This document shows positions 9,908 to 19,782 of a DNA stretch of 64,000 nucleotides, one piece after another (position 1 is the stretch's first letter; every line of letters starts with the position of its first letter). The notes below the pieces were generated by a model. It saw only the letters and a list, made by a program, of their open reading frames with translations, ran no database searches and was not told the DNA's origin. The translations under genes were made by a program, and so were the position numbers. Source of the DNA: Alphaproteobacteria bacterium (GTDB taxonomy: Bacteria; Pseudomonadota; Alphaproteobacteria; SP197); assembly GCA_965228895.1 (NCBI GenBank), contig OZ245842.1:2976001-3040000 (forward strand), in the 5' to 3' direction.

Positions 9908-10213
9908 CGGTGTCGCCCTATGGTCGATCGACAACGTGGGCGCGGGCTTCTACCTCATAGGAAGCAACCCGTCTGGGCATCTTGCGCCAAGCTAGCGCCG
10001 TGCCCTACCCTCGGCGCCGAATTGAGAACAGGCTGATTTCTGAACACCGGGCTGCTGCCGCCTGGTCGACGTCCTGGCTGGATCTTGTTTGATCGTTGCG
10101 GGTTTCTGGTTGCGTGCAACGGTTGTTGGTTAAGCGGTATGCCGAAAGGGCGTGCGATGACATCAGCATTGAACCTTGTCGACGGAACGGCCGCGCTGCG
10201 CCTGCCACGGAGC

Positions 10214-10510
10214 ATGGCGTGTTTTGCCGCGTTGTTGCTGACGCTGCTCATGGCCAGCCAGGTCTCCGCCTACACGTTCGAATACTGCAAGGCCTATGCC
10301 GACAAGGTGGTTCAAGAGTCGACGTCGGCGGCGCTGTCGAACGCCATGCGCGGTACCACATCGGACCCTGGCTTGAGCGGCCTGACCGGCAGCGGTTCGC
10401 ACAACGACAGCAATAGCCTAAGCGGCGTCCTGGGCAGCCTTTCCGAATCCCAGGACCAGCAATCGCTGTGGCAGCGGACATTCAACCATTGTATGGGCGT
10501 CAGCCGCTGA
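10214..10510 (+). CDS. Small secreted hypothetical protein with a Cys pair and a Gly/Ser-rich centre
   Basis: Signal-like FAALLLTLLMASQVSA, then YCKAYA...FNHCMG; the start could instead be 10157. Confidence 0.55.
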   Translation: MACFAALLLTLLMASQVSAYTFEYCKAYADKVVQESTSAALSNAMRGTTSDPGLSGLTGSGSHNDSNSLSGVLGSLSESQDQQSLWQRTFNHCMGVSR

Positions 10511-10546
10511 GCGGCGTGTCGCATCAACGACCTCAAGGAGGTGGCG

Positions 10547-10867
10547 ATGAAGAAGACTCAATTCCTGAAGGCGGGCCTCGTCGCCATGGCGTTCGCGCTT
10601 GGCACAGCCGCGACAGTGCCGGCCAGCGCCCAAGACGAAGCTGCAGCGCGCGATATCAACGACATCACCTGCCGGGACGTCATCCGCATGAGCGGCGACG
10701 ACCGTGATATCGCCGTGGCATTCCTGCACGGCTACATCCTGGGCGATGGCGAGTCGACGGAGTTCGTGGTCGAAGAGCTCTATCTGGCGACCGACCTCTT
10801 CATCGAGTACTGCCTGGATAACACTGATGCCGTCGCGGTCGACGCGTTGCGCAAACACGTCGAGTAG
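10547..10867 (+). CDS. HdeA/HdeB-family periplasmic chaperone-like protein
   Basis: Signal peptide (ASA/Q), ITCRDV...AFLHGY...YCLDN; AAGGAG RBS. Confidence 0.75.
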   Translation: MKKTQFLKAGLVAMAFALGTAATVPASAQDEAAARDINDITCRDVIRMSGDDRDIAVAFLHGYILGDGESTEFVVEELYLATDLFIEYCLDNTDAVAVDALRKHVE

Positions 10868-10885
10868 ACATCGACGAACACAAAC

Positions 10886-11470
10886 CTAAAGAGCCCGCGT
10901 CATAAGCAGAATGTCCCCGCCATAGCGAATTTTCTCATGGCGAACGGCCGGTTGGCGTGCGCGTTCCTTGTACCCAAGTGCTTCATATAGCCTGATGGCG
11001 GTCTGATTCTCCGCAAAAACATTGAGGCTCATTTCTTTGAAGTTATTGGCTTTTGCGGCCGACTCCGCCTCAGCCATCAGGCGTTTGCCAATGCCGGAGC
11101 CTCGAAACTCAGGATAGACCGCCAAGGCCATGACGTAATAGCTGCCGTCGGCGTGCATATGTAGGAATGGCTCATAGAGATAGTGGCGATCGTCGGGCGC
11201 CAGCGGGTCGGGTGGGCCATCGCCCATCGCATCCATGGGAAAGGCGTGTACGGAACCCAGCACCCCCTCTTCATTTTCGGCAACCCAGCAGTTCGAGAAA
11301 GCCGTCGTCGCGTCGGAACGGGAGAACAGATGCTCGACGATCACATTGGTGCTGCGCTCCGGGATGACGCCATCATAGACAGCCTCCACCAAACCGCCCG
11401 ACGCTTCCAAGAGGGCGTGCGCCAGATGAGGGATGTCAGCAACTTCCGCAGGTCTTACTGAAAAGCTCAT
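10886..11470 (-). CDS. GNAT family N-acetyltransferase
   Basis: LAVYPEFRGSGIGKRL and N..AIRLYEALGY motifs. Confidence 0.9.
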   Translation of the reverse strand: MSFSVRPAEVADIPHLAHALLEASGGLVEAVYDGVIPERSTNVIVEHLFSRSDATTAFSNCWVAENEEGVLGSVHAFPMDAMGDGPPDPLAPDDRHYLYEPFLHMHADGSYYVMALAVYPEFRGSGIGKRLMAEAESAAKANNFKEMSLNVFAENQTAIRLYEALGYKERARQPAVRHEKIRYGGDILLMTRAL

Positions 11471-11591
11471 GTTGGTTGAATTTCAGTTTTCGCGATGCAG
11501 CTTGTCCTTGTTGGATCGAGACTCTATCTCGGCGCCGGATCGCGATTTCACAACGCGTAAAATCACAGGCCGGCTTACGGCCATGCGCTAG

Positions 11592-12818
11592 TTAGTCCTC
11601 GTGCTTCAGGTCATCTTCCACATCGATATCAACGACATCAAAACCGACCGGCTTGCGCGCCCAGGGATAGCCGTTGATGGCCATTTCGTAGCCGACGTCA
11701 TAGAGCGCGCGCATGTACTCGAGGTCGAAGGCCTCCTGCGGCTCCATGTCGAAATCATCGGGCACGTATGCCAGATAGAAATCGTTGCCGTCTCTCAGCG
11801 ACGTCAGGTAGATGCGGTCGAGGTCGCCGATGCCCTGGGTTCGTATAAGGGATGAGACGGACGCGCCGACAATCGAGAAGATGTCCGGGTTGACCGTCGA
11901 CCAGCGCGCGTCGAGCGGCGAGTTGCGGATGACATAGACCTCCGGACGTCCCTGCACGTCCAGGATCTCCATCAACGCCGGCCAGTCGATGGTTGTCGGA
12001 TAGACAAACACCTGAGATACCGCGCCGCCATCGACATGCAGTTCGTCGTAGATCTCGCCGTTAAACTCGACCTCGAACAAGACGGGCGGGAACGCGCCGG
12101 GGACCGAAGCCGACGCAAGCAGGACGTCGCTGATCAGATCGCGTTTGTCGGGCCGGTCGCTTGCGGCAATCGCCGTGATGTTCCAGATAACCGGACGCTT
12201 GGCGTCAAGATTGGTCGTGCTGACAAAGAGCCGCCGGCCTTCTTTGAAGGCCGCCGCCAGTTCACCCATCATCTCCGGCGTCATGTAGCCATAGATGATC
12301 TCACGCAGCTTGTCGGTGCTGGCGGCGGCATCGCCGGTGATGATTTCCGTCCACGCCCGCTGCGTGACGAGATCGTCGGTCGTGTAGAGCGTGTACATGT
12401 CTTTCAGCGTCTGATCGTACTTCGGACCCAAGAAGGCGAAGGGCGCGATCAGGGCGCCGGTGCTGATGCCGGTCACCATGGTGAACTCAGGCCGCGTGCC
12501 CGCTGCCGTCCAACCGTTCAAGAGGCCGGAGCCAAAGGCGCCGTCCGGCCCGCCGCCGGAAATGGCGAGATAATAGTGCGGCACGCCGACAATACCGGTC
12601 TGGCGCGCGCGGATCTCTTCAACCGTTGAGTTCGCAAGTCGTTCGAGCAGGAAATCGGGCGTCGCATCACCCCAGAAGCGCGCGTTCGGCACGCCTGGTA
12701 TCTGAGCCAGCTGATCTTCAGGGTTCGGAAGAGGTTTGCGGTCGGGCACGGTGCCACAGGCCACCAGCACACTCATAAGCGCGGCCATAAGCACGGCCAC
12801 CAACGTCGTCGGATTCAT
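11592..12818 (-). CDS. Patatin-like phospholipase, lipoprotein
   Basis: Lipobox LVAC, SGGGPDGAF, GISTG nucleophile and DGG catalytic motif. Confidence 0.9.
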   Translation of the reverse strand: MNPTTLVAVLMAALMSVLVACGTVPDRKPLPNPEDQLAQIPGVPNARFWGDATPDFLLERLANSTVEEIRARQTGIVGVPHYYLAISGGGPDGAFGSGLLNGWTAAGTRPEFTMVTGISTGALIAPFAFLGPKYDQTLKDMYTLYTTDDLVTQRAWTEIITGDAAASTDKLREIIYGYMTPEMMGELAAAFKEGRRLFVSTTNLDAKRPVIWNITAIAASDRPDKRDLISDVLLASASVPGAFPPVLFEVEFNGEIYDELHVDGGAVSQVFVYPTTIDWPALMEILDVQGRPEVYVIRNSPLDARWSTVNPDIFSIVGASVSSLIRTQGIGDLDRIYLTSLRDGNDFYLAYVPDDFDMEPQEAFDLEYMRALYDVGYEMAINGYPWARKPVGFDVVDIDVEDDLKHED

Positions 12819-13082
12819 GTGTCCCCCAATCCGAATCGGATGTTCCCCAGGTTCAGCCAGTTAATTGCCCGCATGCGGCAGAGGTCAACAGTCATGTTCC
12901 GCCAAACTGCCTGACCGCCCGGGAAACGGTCATGATCGCCCATCAGCGGGAGCGACGCCGATTTGCGACGGATCATCCGTATTCGTTGCAAAGGTGACGT
13001 CGGTCACCAATTCATGCTGGAATCGGTGATGCCCGCACCTACATTGTGAGGGCTTATCTTAGGGGAAGGCATTGGGGGCCAT

Positions 13083-13661
13083 ATGTCGACCACGTTGACG
13101 ATCGTGCTGGTGCTGTTGGCGCTGGTGGTACTGGTCATTGTCTGGGCTATCGCGATCTACAATCGCCTGGTGACCCGGCGCCAGCAGACCGAGGAAGGCT
13201 GGAGCGGCATCGATGTGCAGCTCAAACGCCGCTCGAACCTGATACCCAATCTGGTGGAGACCGTGAAGGGCTATGCGTCTCACGAACAGGAGACGCTGGA
13301 CAACGTCACCGCCATGCGCGCGCGGGCCGAGGCGGCACCGGGCGATTCACCGGAAGCGCGCGGCCAGGCCGAAAGCGCGTTGTCGGGCGCCTTGGTGCAG
13401 CTCTTCGCGGTCGCCGAGAACTATCCGGACCTGAAGGCCAGCAGCAACTTCATCGAGCTGCAGCAGGCGCTGGCCGAGGTCGAAGATCAGATCCAGATGG
13501 CGCGGCGCTACTACAACGGCGCCGTGCGCAACATGAACATCCTGGTCGACTCCTTCCCCAGCAACATCGTCGCCCAGCGCTACGATTTCCAGAAGGCCGT
13601 CTACTTCGAGATCGACGACCCCGCCGACAAGGCCGTGCCGAAGGTGGCGTTCGGAACCTAG
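13083..13661 (+). CDS. lemA: LemA family protein
   Basis: N-terminal TM, WSGIDVQLKRR, AVAENYPDLKA, RRYYN, FPSN. Confidence 0.95.
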   Translation: MSTTLTIVLVLLALVVLVIVWAIAIYNRLVTRRQQTEEGWSGIDVQLKRRSNLIPNLVETVKGYASHEQETLDNVTAMRARAEAAPGDSPEARGQAESALSGALVQLFAVAENYPDLKASSNFIELQQALAEVEDQIQMARRYYNGAVRNMNILVDSFPSNIVAQRYDFQKAVYFEIDDPADKAVPKVAFGT

Positions 13662-13665
13662 CGCC

Positions 13666-15648
13666 ATGTTATGCCACCGCGGCTTGATGTTGTTTGTCCG
13701 CCGGGCAGCGCTCGGTGTGTTGGCGGCATGTCTGCTGCTTGGCGCGAACGAAGCCGCCGCCCAGTCGACACCGGAACGTATCAAGTCGTACGTCTCGGAC
13801 ATCACGATCCAGACAGACGGCACGCTTCTGGTGCGCGAGACGATCACCGTTCATGCCGCGGGCAACAAGATCAAACGCGGCATCTTCCGCGACTTTCCGA
13901 CAATCTATCCCGGTCCCTTGGGACTAAAGGAAAAGACCGGCTTCGACCTCTTGGAGGTTCTGCGCGACGGCGAGCCCGAACCTCACTTTACCGAAGCGTT
14001 GGACAACGGCGTCCGGCTCTATATCGGCGACGAGAATACCTACCTGCCAGATGGCGACTATACCTACACCATCGTCTACGAGAGCGACTGGCAGATACGT
14101 TTCGACGACGGTTTCGACGAACTCTACTGGAACGTCACCGGCAACGGTTGGGACTTCACCATCGAGCGGGCTGAAGCGCGGGTCACCTTGCCGGCCGGCG
14201 CGGAAATTCGCGAGGTCAACGCCTATACGGGCGCCTTCGGCCAGACCGGCACCAATTACAAGAGCGCGATCACGGCCGACAACGTCGTACTGATCTCGAC
14301 GACGCAACCGCTTGCCCGATATGCCGGTTTGACCATCTCCGTCACGTGGCAGAAAGGTATCGTTGCCGAACCGAGCGGCGCCGATCGCGTCTTCAACCTG
14401 CTCACCGACAACATCGCGATCCTGGTTGGTCTTCTGGGTTTTGTACTGACCGTCATCTTTTTCTTGAGGCTATGGAACCGTGTCGGGCGCGACCCCGAAA
14501 AGGGCGTTGTCATCCCGCTCTTCAAGTCACCGGAAGGCATGTCGCCCGTGGTTGTCGGCTATGCGGCGAACTGGGGAATTGGAACCGGTTTCAGCCGGTC
14601 GCGTGCCTTCGCCGTCGCGCTCACCAGCATGGCGACCAAGGGAGCCGTCTCCATTGTCGAGAACGACGACGACAGCTTCACGATCAGCCGCGCCGACGAC
14701 GCCGACCGAAGCCGGCTGTCGCCCGGTGAGAAGGCTGTCTTCGATGAACTCCTTGGCGGCTGGTCGTCCTCGGTCACGCTGAGCAGGACCTATGACCCGG
14801 AGATCGGAGGCGCCGTCAGGGCGCTCGCGAAACTGATCAACGATGAATACACCGGCGTCTATTTTCGCAAGAACCGCGGCGCCTGGGCCGCCGGCACCGC
14901 GTTGGCCGTCGTCAGTGCGGTGATTGCCGCGGTCATAGACGCGCAACGCCTGGACGATCTTTTCTTTGTCGGCTTTCTGTCGTTGTTCGGCCTGGCGTTC
15001 GGCTTCGGGGCGGCAATGTTGTGGATCAAGCTCGCGCCGTTGGTTGCCGGGAAGTTCGAGTTCTCGGCGCGCCGCCTGTTGGGTCTTCTCGCCGGCCTTG
15101 TCTTCGCGACCATGTTTTCGGCACCGGCTATTGGTGCTTTGAGTTTCGCCGCGACGATGATTTCGCTGCCGGTGTTCATCGTCATGCTGCTGAATGCGGG
15201 CACCGTCGTGCTGTTCTGGTTCCTGTTGCGCGCACCGACCATGCACGGCCGCCAGGTCATGGACGAGATCGAAGGCTACAAGCTCTACCTCTCCGTCGCC
15301 GAGGCCGACCGCATGAACATGATGGGCACCGAACCGGCCATGACGCTGGAACTCTTCGAACGGCACCTGCCCTACGCGATGGCGCTCGATGTGGCCGACG
15401 CCTGGACCGAACACTTCGAAGCGCAGATCCCGCCCGAGCAGCAAAACGACAGCACCTACCGTCCGCGCTGGTACCGCTCGCAACATGGGATGGCGCGCCT
15501 GTCGTCCATGGCGTCAACGCTCTCGAGTTCTCTCTCCAGCACCGTATCGTCGGCCTCGACCCGTCCAAGCAGCAGCAGCTCCGGCGGCTCATCCGGCGGC
15601 GGTTCCTCCGGTGGCGGTGGCGGCGGCGGTGGCGGTGGCGGCTGGTAA
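13666..15648 (+). CDS. DUF2207 membrane protein (usual LemA partner)
   Basis: ELYWNVTG, LPYAMAL and a C-terminal Gly-rich tail ending GGGGGW. Confidence 0.9.
   Translation: MLCHRGLMLFVRRAALGVLAACLLLGANEAAAQSTPERIKSYVSDITIQTDGTLLVRETITVHAAGNKIKRGIFRDFPTIYPGPLGLKEKTGFDLLEVLRDGEPEPHFTEALDNGVRLYIGDENTYLPDGDYTYTIVYESDWQIRFDDGFDELYWNVTGNGWDFTIERAEARVTLPAGAEIREVNAYTGAFGQTGTNYKSAITADNVVLISTTQPLARYAGLTISVTWQKGIVAEPSGADRVFNLLTDNIAILVGLLGFVLTVIFFLRLWNRVGRDPEKGVVIPLFKSPEGMSPVVVGYAANWGIGTGFSRSRAFAVALTSMATKGAVSIVENDDDSFTISRADDADRSRLSPGEKAVFDELLGGWSSSVTLSRTYDPEIGGAVRALAKLINDEYTGVYFRKNRGAWAAGTALAVVSAVIAAVIDAQRLDDLFFVGFLSLFGLAFGFGAAMLWIKLAPLVAGKFEFSARRLLGLLAGLVFATMFSAPAIGALSFAATMISLPVFIVMLLNAGTVVLFWFLLRAPTMHGRQVMDEIEGYKLYLSVAEADRMNMMGTEPAMTLELFERHLPYAMALDVADAWTEHFEAQIPPEQQNDSTYRPRWYRSQHGMARLSSMASTLSSSLSSTVSSASTRPSSSSSGGSSGGGSSGGGGGGGGGGGW
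15583..15645 (+). repeat. Low-complexity (GGC/GGT)n run encoding the poly-Gly tail of DUF2207
   Basis: ggcggctcatccggcggcggttcctccggtggcggtggcggcggcggtggcggtggcggc. Confidence 0.8.
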
Positions 15649-15681
15649 GCGCACGGGCCGTTGGCACCGTCGTCAGACCGG

Positions 15682-16608
15682 CTAAACCTGCGGCAACGGA
15701 TGGCGCCGGCGAATGCCGGTCAGCGCGTTAATGATGACGGCCACGAGCACCAGCGCGCCACCGTAGAAGGTATGGGCAACCGGCACCTCGCCCAGCGCCA
15801 GCCACACCCAGAACGGCCCGATGACGACTTCGGTCAAGGACAGCAGCGCCAGTTCAGCGGCCGGCAGGTGACGCGAGCCCGCTATGTAAAGCGTCAAACC
15901 CAGGAACACCTGGGCAAAACCCATCAGGAAACCCATGCCGATGTCGTGGGCGCTGATCCACAGGGTATCGCCTGTGGCGAGCACGATGGTCGACGCCACG
16001 ACCGTCGATATCAGACCGGCGACAAACACCGTCGGCATCATGTCGCCATGGCGGCCGCCGCGGATGCACACGCTGAACAGCGCGAAGCCGACAACAGCAA
16101 TCAGTGCCAGGACATCGCCCAACACCCGGTCCGTACCCAGACCGCCGGAGACCATGATCACCAGACCAGCGATCACCAACAGCATGGCAAGCAGCGTCGC
16201 GCGCCGGACGCGCTCGCGCAGCAGGAACCAAGCGAGTATCGCCGCCAGGAAGGGCGCCACACCGAGAATCAAAAGCGTGTTCGCGACATAGGTCATGGAA
16301 AGCGAGAAGACGAACGCCGTGTTGGCGATCGCCAGTCCGACGCCGCCGACGACACCCCACCACCCGATGCTTCGGATAGCGCGCCACGTTTCGCCGCGAT
16401 AGCGCCAGATCACATAGAGCAGTGCCGAAAGACCCAGGAAGAACGTGCGCCAGGCGACAATCTGCCACTCGCTCGCACTGTCGACCCAGCGAAACAGCAG
16501 ACCGCCGGAACTCCACAGCAGGCCGGCAAAGGTAACGAGAACGATGCCGCGGCCGTAACTCTCAACCAGTCGAGAGCCCGCGGTGACTGCTTCCGGGCCT
16601 GTGGCCAC
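15682..16608 (-). CDS. EamA/DMT family transporter
   Basis: About 10 hydrophobic segments, LWSSGG, LLRERV, E..IGPFWVWLALGE; 3 bp downstream of the mttB stop. Confidence 0.88.
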   Translation of the reverse strand: MATGPEAVTAGSRLVESYGRGIVLVTFAGLLWSSGGLLFRWVDSASEWQIVAWRTFFLGLSALLYVIWRYRGETWRAIRSIGWWGVVGGVGLAIANTAFVFSLSMTYVANTLLILGVAPFLAAILAWFLLRERVRRATLLAMLLVIAGLVIMVSGGLGTDRVLGDVLALIAVVGFALFSVCIRGGRHGDMMPTVFVAGLISTVVASTIVLATGDTLWISAHDIGMGFLMGFAQVFLGLTLYIAGSRHLPAAELALLSLTEVVIGPFWVWLALGEVPVAHTFYGGALVLVAVIINALTGIRRRHPLPQV

Positions 16609-16611
16609 GGC

Positions 16612-18144
16612 TTACGCGACGCCGTCGGGCAGTTCGGCCCTGCGGCGCGCCATGAAATCCTGCAGCGCTTCGTCCAGCCCTTCGTCGAGCGGCGGCGGTT
16701 CGTACTGCGCCAGCCGGTCCTGTGCAATTCTGACCGCGCGCTGCTCGTGGGTCTGTGCGCCCTCGGCCTCCCACTGCTCGAAACTGTTGTTGTCGGCGAC
16801 CTCGGGGATAAAGAAACCGGAGAGGTAGTTGCGTTGCGTGTGCTCGCAGCCAAGGTAATGGCTGCCGGGTCCGACCTCGCGCACCGCATCCATGGCGAGG
16901 CCGTTGTCGGAAAGATCGATGCCTTCGGAAAAACTCTGCAGCATGGCGATCTGCTCGGCGTCCATGATGAACTTGGCGTAGCCGGCCGCGAGACCTGCCT
17001 CCAGCCAGCCGGCCGAATGCAAGATGAAGTTCGTGCCGGCCTGCAGCGTCGCCGTCATCGTCTGCATGCTCTCATAAGCCGCCTGCGCATCGGCGACCTT
17101 GGCGCCGGTCAGCATACCGCCGGAGCGCACCGGCACCTTGTAGCGGCGCGCGAGCTGGGTGCAGCAATAGATCATCTGGAGCGTCTCGGGCGTACCCATC
17201 ATCGGCGCGCCCGACTGCATGGAGACGGTGCTGAGGAAACTGCCATAGACCATCGGCGTTCCCGGGTTGACCAGCTGGGCATAGGCAAGGCCCGCGGTCA
17301 CCTCGGCATTCAGTTGAGCGACGGCGCCGGCGGTCGCGACCGGCGCCATGGCGCCGGCCATGATGAACGGCGTGATCAAAACCGCCTGACGGTACGCGGC
17401 GTAGTGCCGCAACGCGCCGAGCATCGACTCGTCCCACACCAGCGGCGAGTTGCAGTTCACAACGGACGTCATGACGACGTTGTCCTTCATGAACGCCTCG
17501 CCAAACAGGATCTCACACATGCGGCACGAATCGAGCGCGCGTTCAGGCGCTGACTGCACGCCCATGAAGGGTTTGTCGCTGAGCTTGATGTGGCTGTAGA
17601 TGATATCCAGATGGCGTTTGGGCACCGGCACGTCGATGGGTTCGCAGATGATGCCGCCGTCGTGGTGAAGCGGCGGCGTCATATAGGTCAGCTTGATGAA
17701 GTTCTGCAGGTCCTCCAGCGTCGCGTAGCGGCGCTGGTTGTCGAAGTCACGCACGAAGGGCGAGCCGAAGGTCGGCGCGAAGACCGTGTTGCGCCCGCCG
17801 ATCTCGACACTGCGTTCGGGGTTGCGCGCGACCTGGGTGTAAGTCTCCGGAATCAGATCGAGCTTCTCGGCGATCAACTCGCGGGGGATATGGACCCGCT
17901 CGCCCTTGACGTCGGCACCCGCCTCCTTCCATTGGGCCAACGCCGTCTCGTCGCGGAAATCGATACCGATCTCCTCCAGGATTTGCATGGAGGTGTCGTG
18001 GATCAGATCGAGCCCGGCCTGATCCAAAAGCTCGTAGACCGGGATCTCGCGGGTGATGTGACGTTTGTGAACCAGCGGGCCGCCAACACGTTCGCGCCGC
18101 CGCGCCGCCCTTCCTCCACGCCTTGCCTTTGTGCTTGCCGCCAT
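16612..18144 (-). CDS. mttB: Non-pyrrolysine trimethylamine-methyltransferase (MttB/MtgB) family protein; probable quaternary-amine:corrinoid methyltransferase
   Basis: NCNSPL, GAMAP, PVRSGGMLTGAKVADAQAAYES, HSAGWLE, VGPGSHYLG motifs; Leu (CTG, 17110-17112) at the position I align with pyrrolysine; GGAGGA RBS. Confidence 0.92.
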   Translation of the reverse strand: MAASTKARRGGRAARRRERVGGPLVHKRHITREIPVYELLDQAGLDLIHDTSMQILEEIGIDFRDETALAQWKEAGADVKGERVHIPRELIAEKLDLIPETYTQVARNPERSVEIGGRNTVFAPTFGSPFVRDFDNQRRYATLEDLQNFIKLTYMTPPLHHDGGIICEPIDVPVPKRHLDIIYSHIKLSDKPFMGVQSAPERALDSCRMCEILFGEAFMKDNVVMTSVVNCNSPLVWDESMLGALRHYAAYRQAVLITPFIMAGAMAPVATAGAVAQLNAEVTAGLAYAQLVNPGTPMVYGSFLSTVSMQSGAPMMGTPETLQMIYCCTQLARRYKVPVRSGGMLTGAKVADAQAAYESMQTMTATLQAGTNFILHSAGWLEAGLAAGYAKFIMDAEQIAMLQSFSEGIDLSDNGLAMDAVREVGPGSHYLGCEHTQRNYLSGFFIPEVADNNSFEQWEAEGAQTHEQRAVRIAQDRLAQYEPPPLDEGLDEALQDFMARRRAELPDGVA

Positions 18145-18311
18145 CGCAAATCCTCCCGACGGCATTTGGAAGCCAGGGGGCCGCGCTGTCAAAACAGAAA
18201 TGCGGGGCGCCGAAAACCGGGCATAATGTCCTGTCGCCAGGTGCCGAGGGCTTCGGGTTTGGAACAGTTTCGCACCTGCAACAAATCGCCCAACCGTATG
18301 GAAACCCTATG

Positions 18312-18382
18312 GTGTCGCTGTCACGCCTTGTGATAAACGGAGCGCTTGTGTCGATTGCGGACTAGTCCGTGTCGCGAGTGTC
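18312..18382 (+). promoter_or_regulatory. Candidate AraC/GlxA-family binding repeats (GTGTCG at 18312, 18348 and 18369)
   Basis: Repeated hexamer, the last two copies exactly 21 bp apart, within the divergent mttB/corrinoid promoter region. Confidence 0.35.
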
Positions 18383-18456
18383 TTAGCTTGCCGGTCGCGG
18401 CAAGCGTACGTGACGTTGTTTCGCCCGGTTTTCCGGCAGTTTAGCGGGAGCGTGGT

Positions 18457-19167
18457 ATGGCCGAAGAAGAAGACGATCTCGACCTTAGCACCCTGGATGA
18501 TGACGAACTCACCCAGCAGATGCATGAGGATCTTTACGACGGTCTCGCCGACGAGATTGTCGAGGGGGTCAATATCCTGCTCGGGCGAGGCTGGGCACCA
18601 TACAAGGTCCTGACCGAAGCGCTGGTCGAGGGTATGCGGATCGTCGGCATCGACTTCCGCGATGGCATCCTGTTTGTGCCGGAGGTGCTGCTGGCCGCCA
18701 ACTCGATGAAGGCGGGCATGGTTATCCTGCGCCCGCTTCTGGCCGAGACCGGCGCGCCCAAGCAGGGCTCGATCGTCATCGGCACGGTGAAGGGCGATAT
18801 CCACGACATCGGCAAGAACCTGGTCGGCATGATGCTGGAAGGCGCCGGTTTCGACGTCTACGACATCGGCATCAACAACGATGTCGAGAAGTACCTGGAG
18901 GCGCTCGAGGAGCACAAGCCGGACTTCCTGGGGATGTCGGCGCTGCTCACCACGACCATGCCCTATATGAAGGTCGTCATCGACACCATGAAGGAGCAGG
19001 GCATCCGCGACGACTATACGGTGCTGGTCGGCGGCGCACCCTTGAACGAGGCCTTTGCCGACAGTGTCGGGGCCGACGCCTATTGCCGCGATGCGGCGGT
19101 GGCGGTCGAAACCGCCAAAACCCTGGTCGCGGAGCGGCGCAAGTCCAACTCCGCCGCCGCCCAATGA
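18457..19167 (+). CDS. Stand-alone cobalamin-binding (corrinoid) protein, MtbC/MtgC-like
   Basis: Cap domain (LFVPEVLLAA), GDIHDIGKN (DxHxxG), MSALLTTT and VGGAP. Confidence 0.95.
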   Translation: MAEEEDDLDLSTLDDDELTQQMHEDLYDGLADEIVEGVNILLGRGWAPYKVLTEALVEGMRIVGIDFRDGILFVPEVLLAANSMKAGMVILRPLLAETGAPKQGSIVIGTVKGDIHDIGKNLVGMMLEGAGFDVYDIGINNDVEKYLEALEEHKPDFLGMSALLTTTMPYMKVVIDTMKEQGIRDDYTVLVGGAPLNEAFADSVGADAYCRDAAVAVETAKTLVAERRKSNSAAAQ

Positions 19168-19174
19168 GACCTCG

Positions 19175-19771
19175 ATGGCAGGCCGCTCGGGCAGCCTGAT
19201 CATCGCCTGCGGCGCGTTGGCGTGGGAAATCATGGCCCTAATCCGAACCCATGGCTGGACCGGCCTGGAAGTCCAGTGCCTGCCCGCGATCTGGCATAAC
19301 ACGCCGCAGAAGATTCCTGACGGCGTGCGTCAGAAGATTCACGAGAACCGCGACCGCTTCGACAACATCTTCGTCGCCTATGGCGATTGCGGCACCGGCG
19401 GCCTGTTGGATGAGGTGCTGGAAGAAGAAGGTGTCGAGCGGATCGATGGCGCGCACTGCTACCAGTTCTACATGGGCGCCGATGATTTCGATGCCCTGCA
19501 CGAGGACGACCCCACCTGCTTTTACCTGACCGACTATCTGGCCAAGCACTTCGACACGTTGATCTGGAAGGGCCTGGGGATCGACCGCCATCCCGAACTG
19601 CTGCCGATGTACTTCGGCAACTACACCGCCGTCGTCTATCTGGCCCAGGTCGAGGACGACGCGTTGCAGGCAAAGGCCAAGGCCGCTGCCGACAAGCTGG
19701 GGCTTGAATACCGCTATATCTTCACTGGTTACGGCGGCATCGCGCCCCTGCTCGCCAAAGCCGCCAGCTAG
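19175..19771 (+). CDS. DUF1638 domain protein (Cys-containing, associated with corrinoid systems)
   Basis: IIACGAL, HNTP, YGDCGTGG, GAHCY, YLTDYL, YFGNY. Confidence 0.88.
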   Translation: MAGRSGSLIIACGALAWEIMALIRTHGWTGLEVQCLPAIWHNTPQKIPDGVRQKIHENRDRFDNIFVAYGDCGTGGLLDEVLEEEGVERIDGAHCYQFYMGADDFDALHEDDPTCFYLTDYLAKHFDTLIWKGLGIDRHPELLPMYFGNYTAVVYLAQVEDDALQAKAKAAADKLGLEYRYIFTGYGGIAPLLAKAAS

Positions 19772-19782
19772 GAGACCCCGTC

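Noticed and set aside
17110-17112. Pyrrolysine or amber read-through in the MttB system
   Set aside because: The equivalent codon is CTG (Leu). The TAG stops at 19771, 20088 and 21010 are out of frame with the next genes, and no pyl genes are seen.
15661-17553. Long antisense ORFs (also 4953-6305, 21144-22634, 43541-44971 and others)
   Set aside because: Shadow frames opposite well-supported genes, expected from high-GC codon bias; no recognisable motifs.
18090-18144. Twin-arginine export signal on MttB
   Set aside because: No hydrophobic h-region follows the arginines; treated as a basic tail instead.
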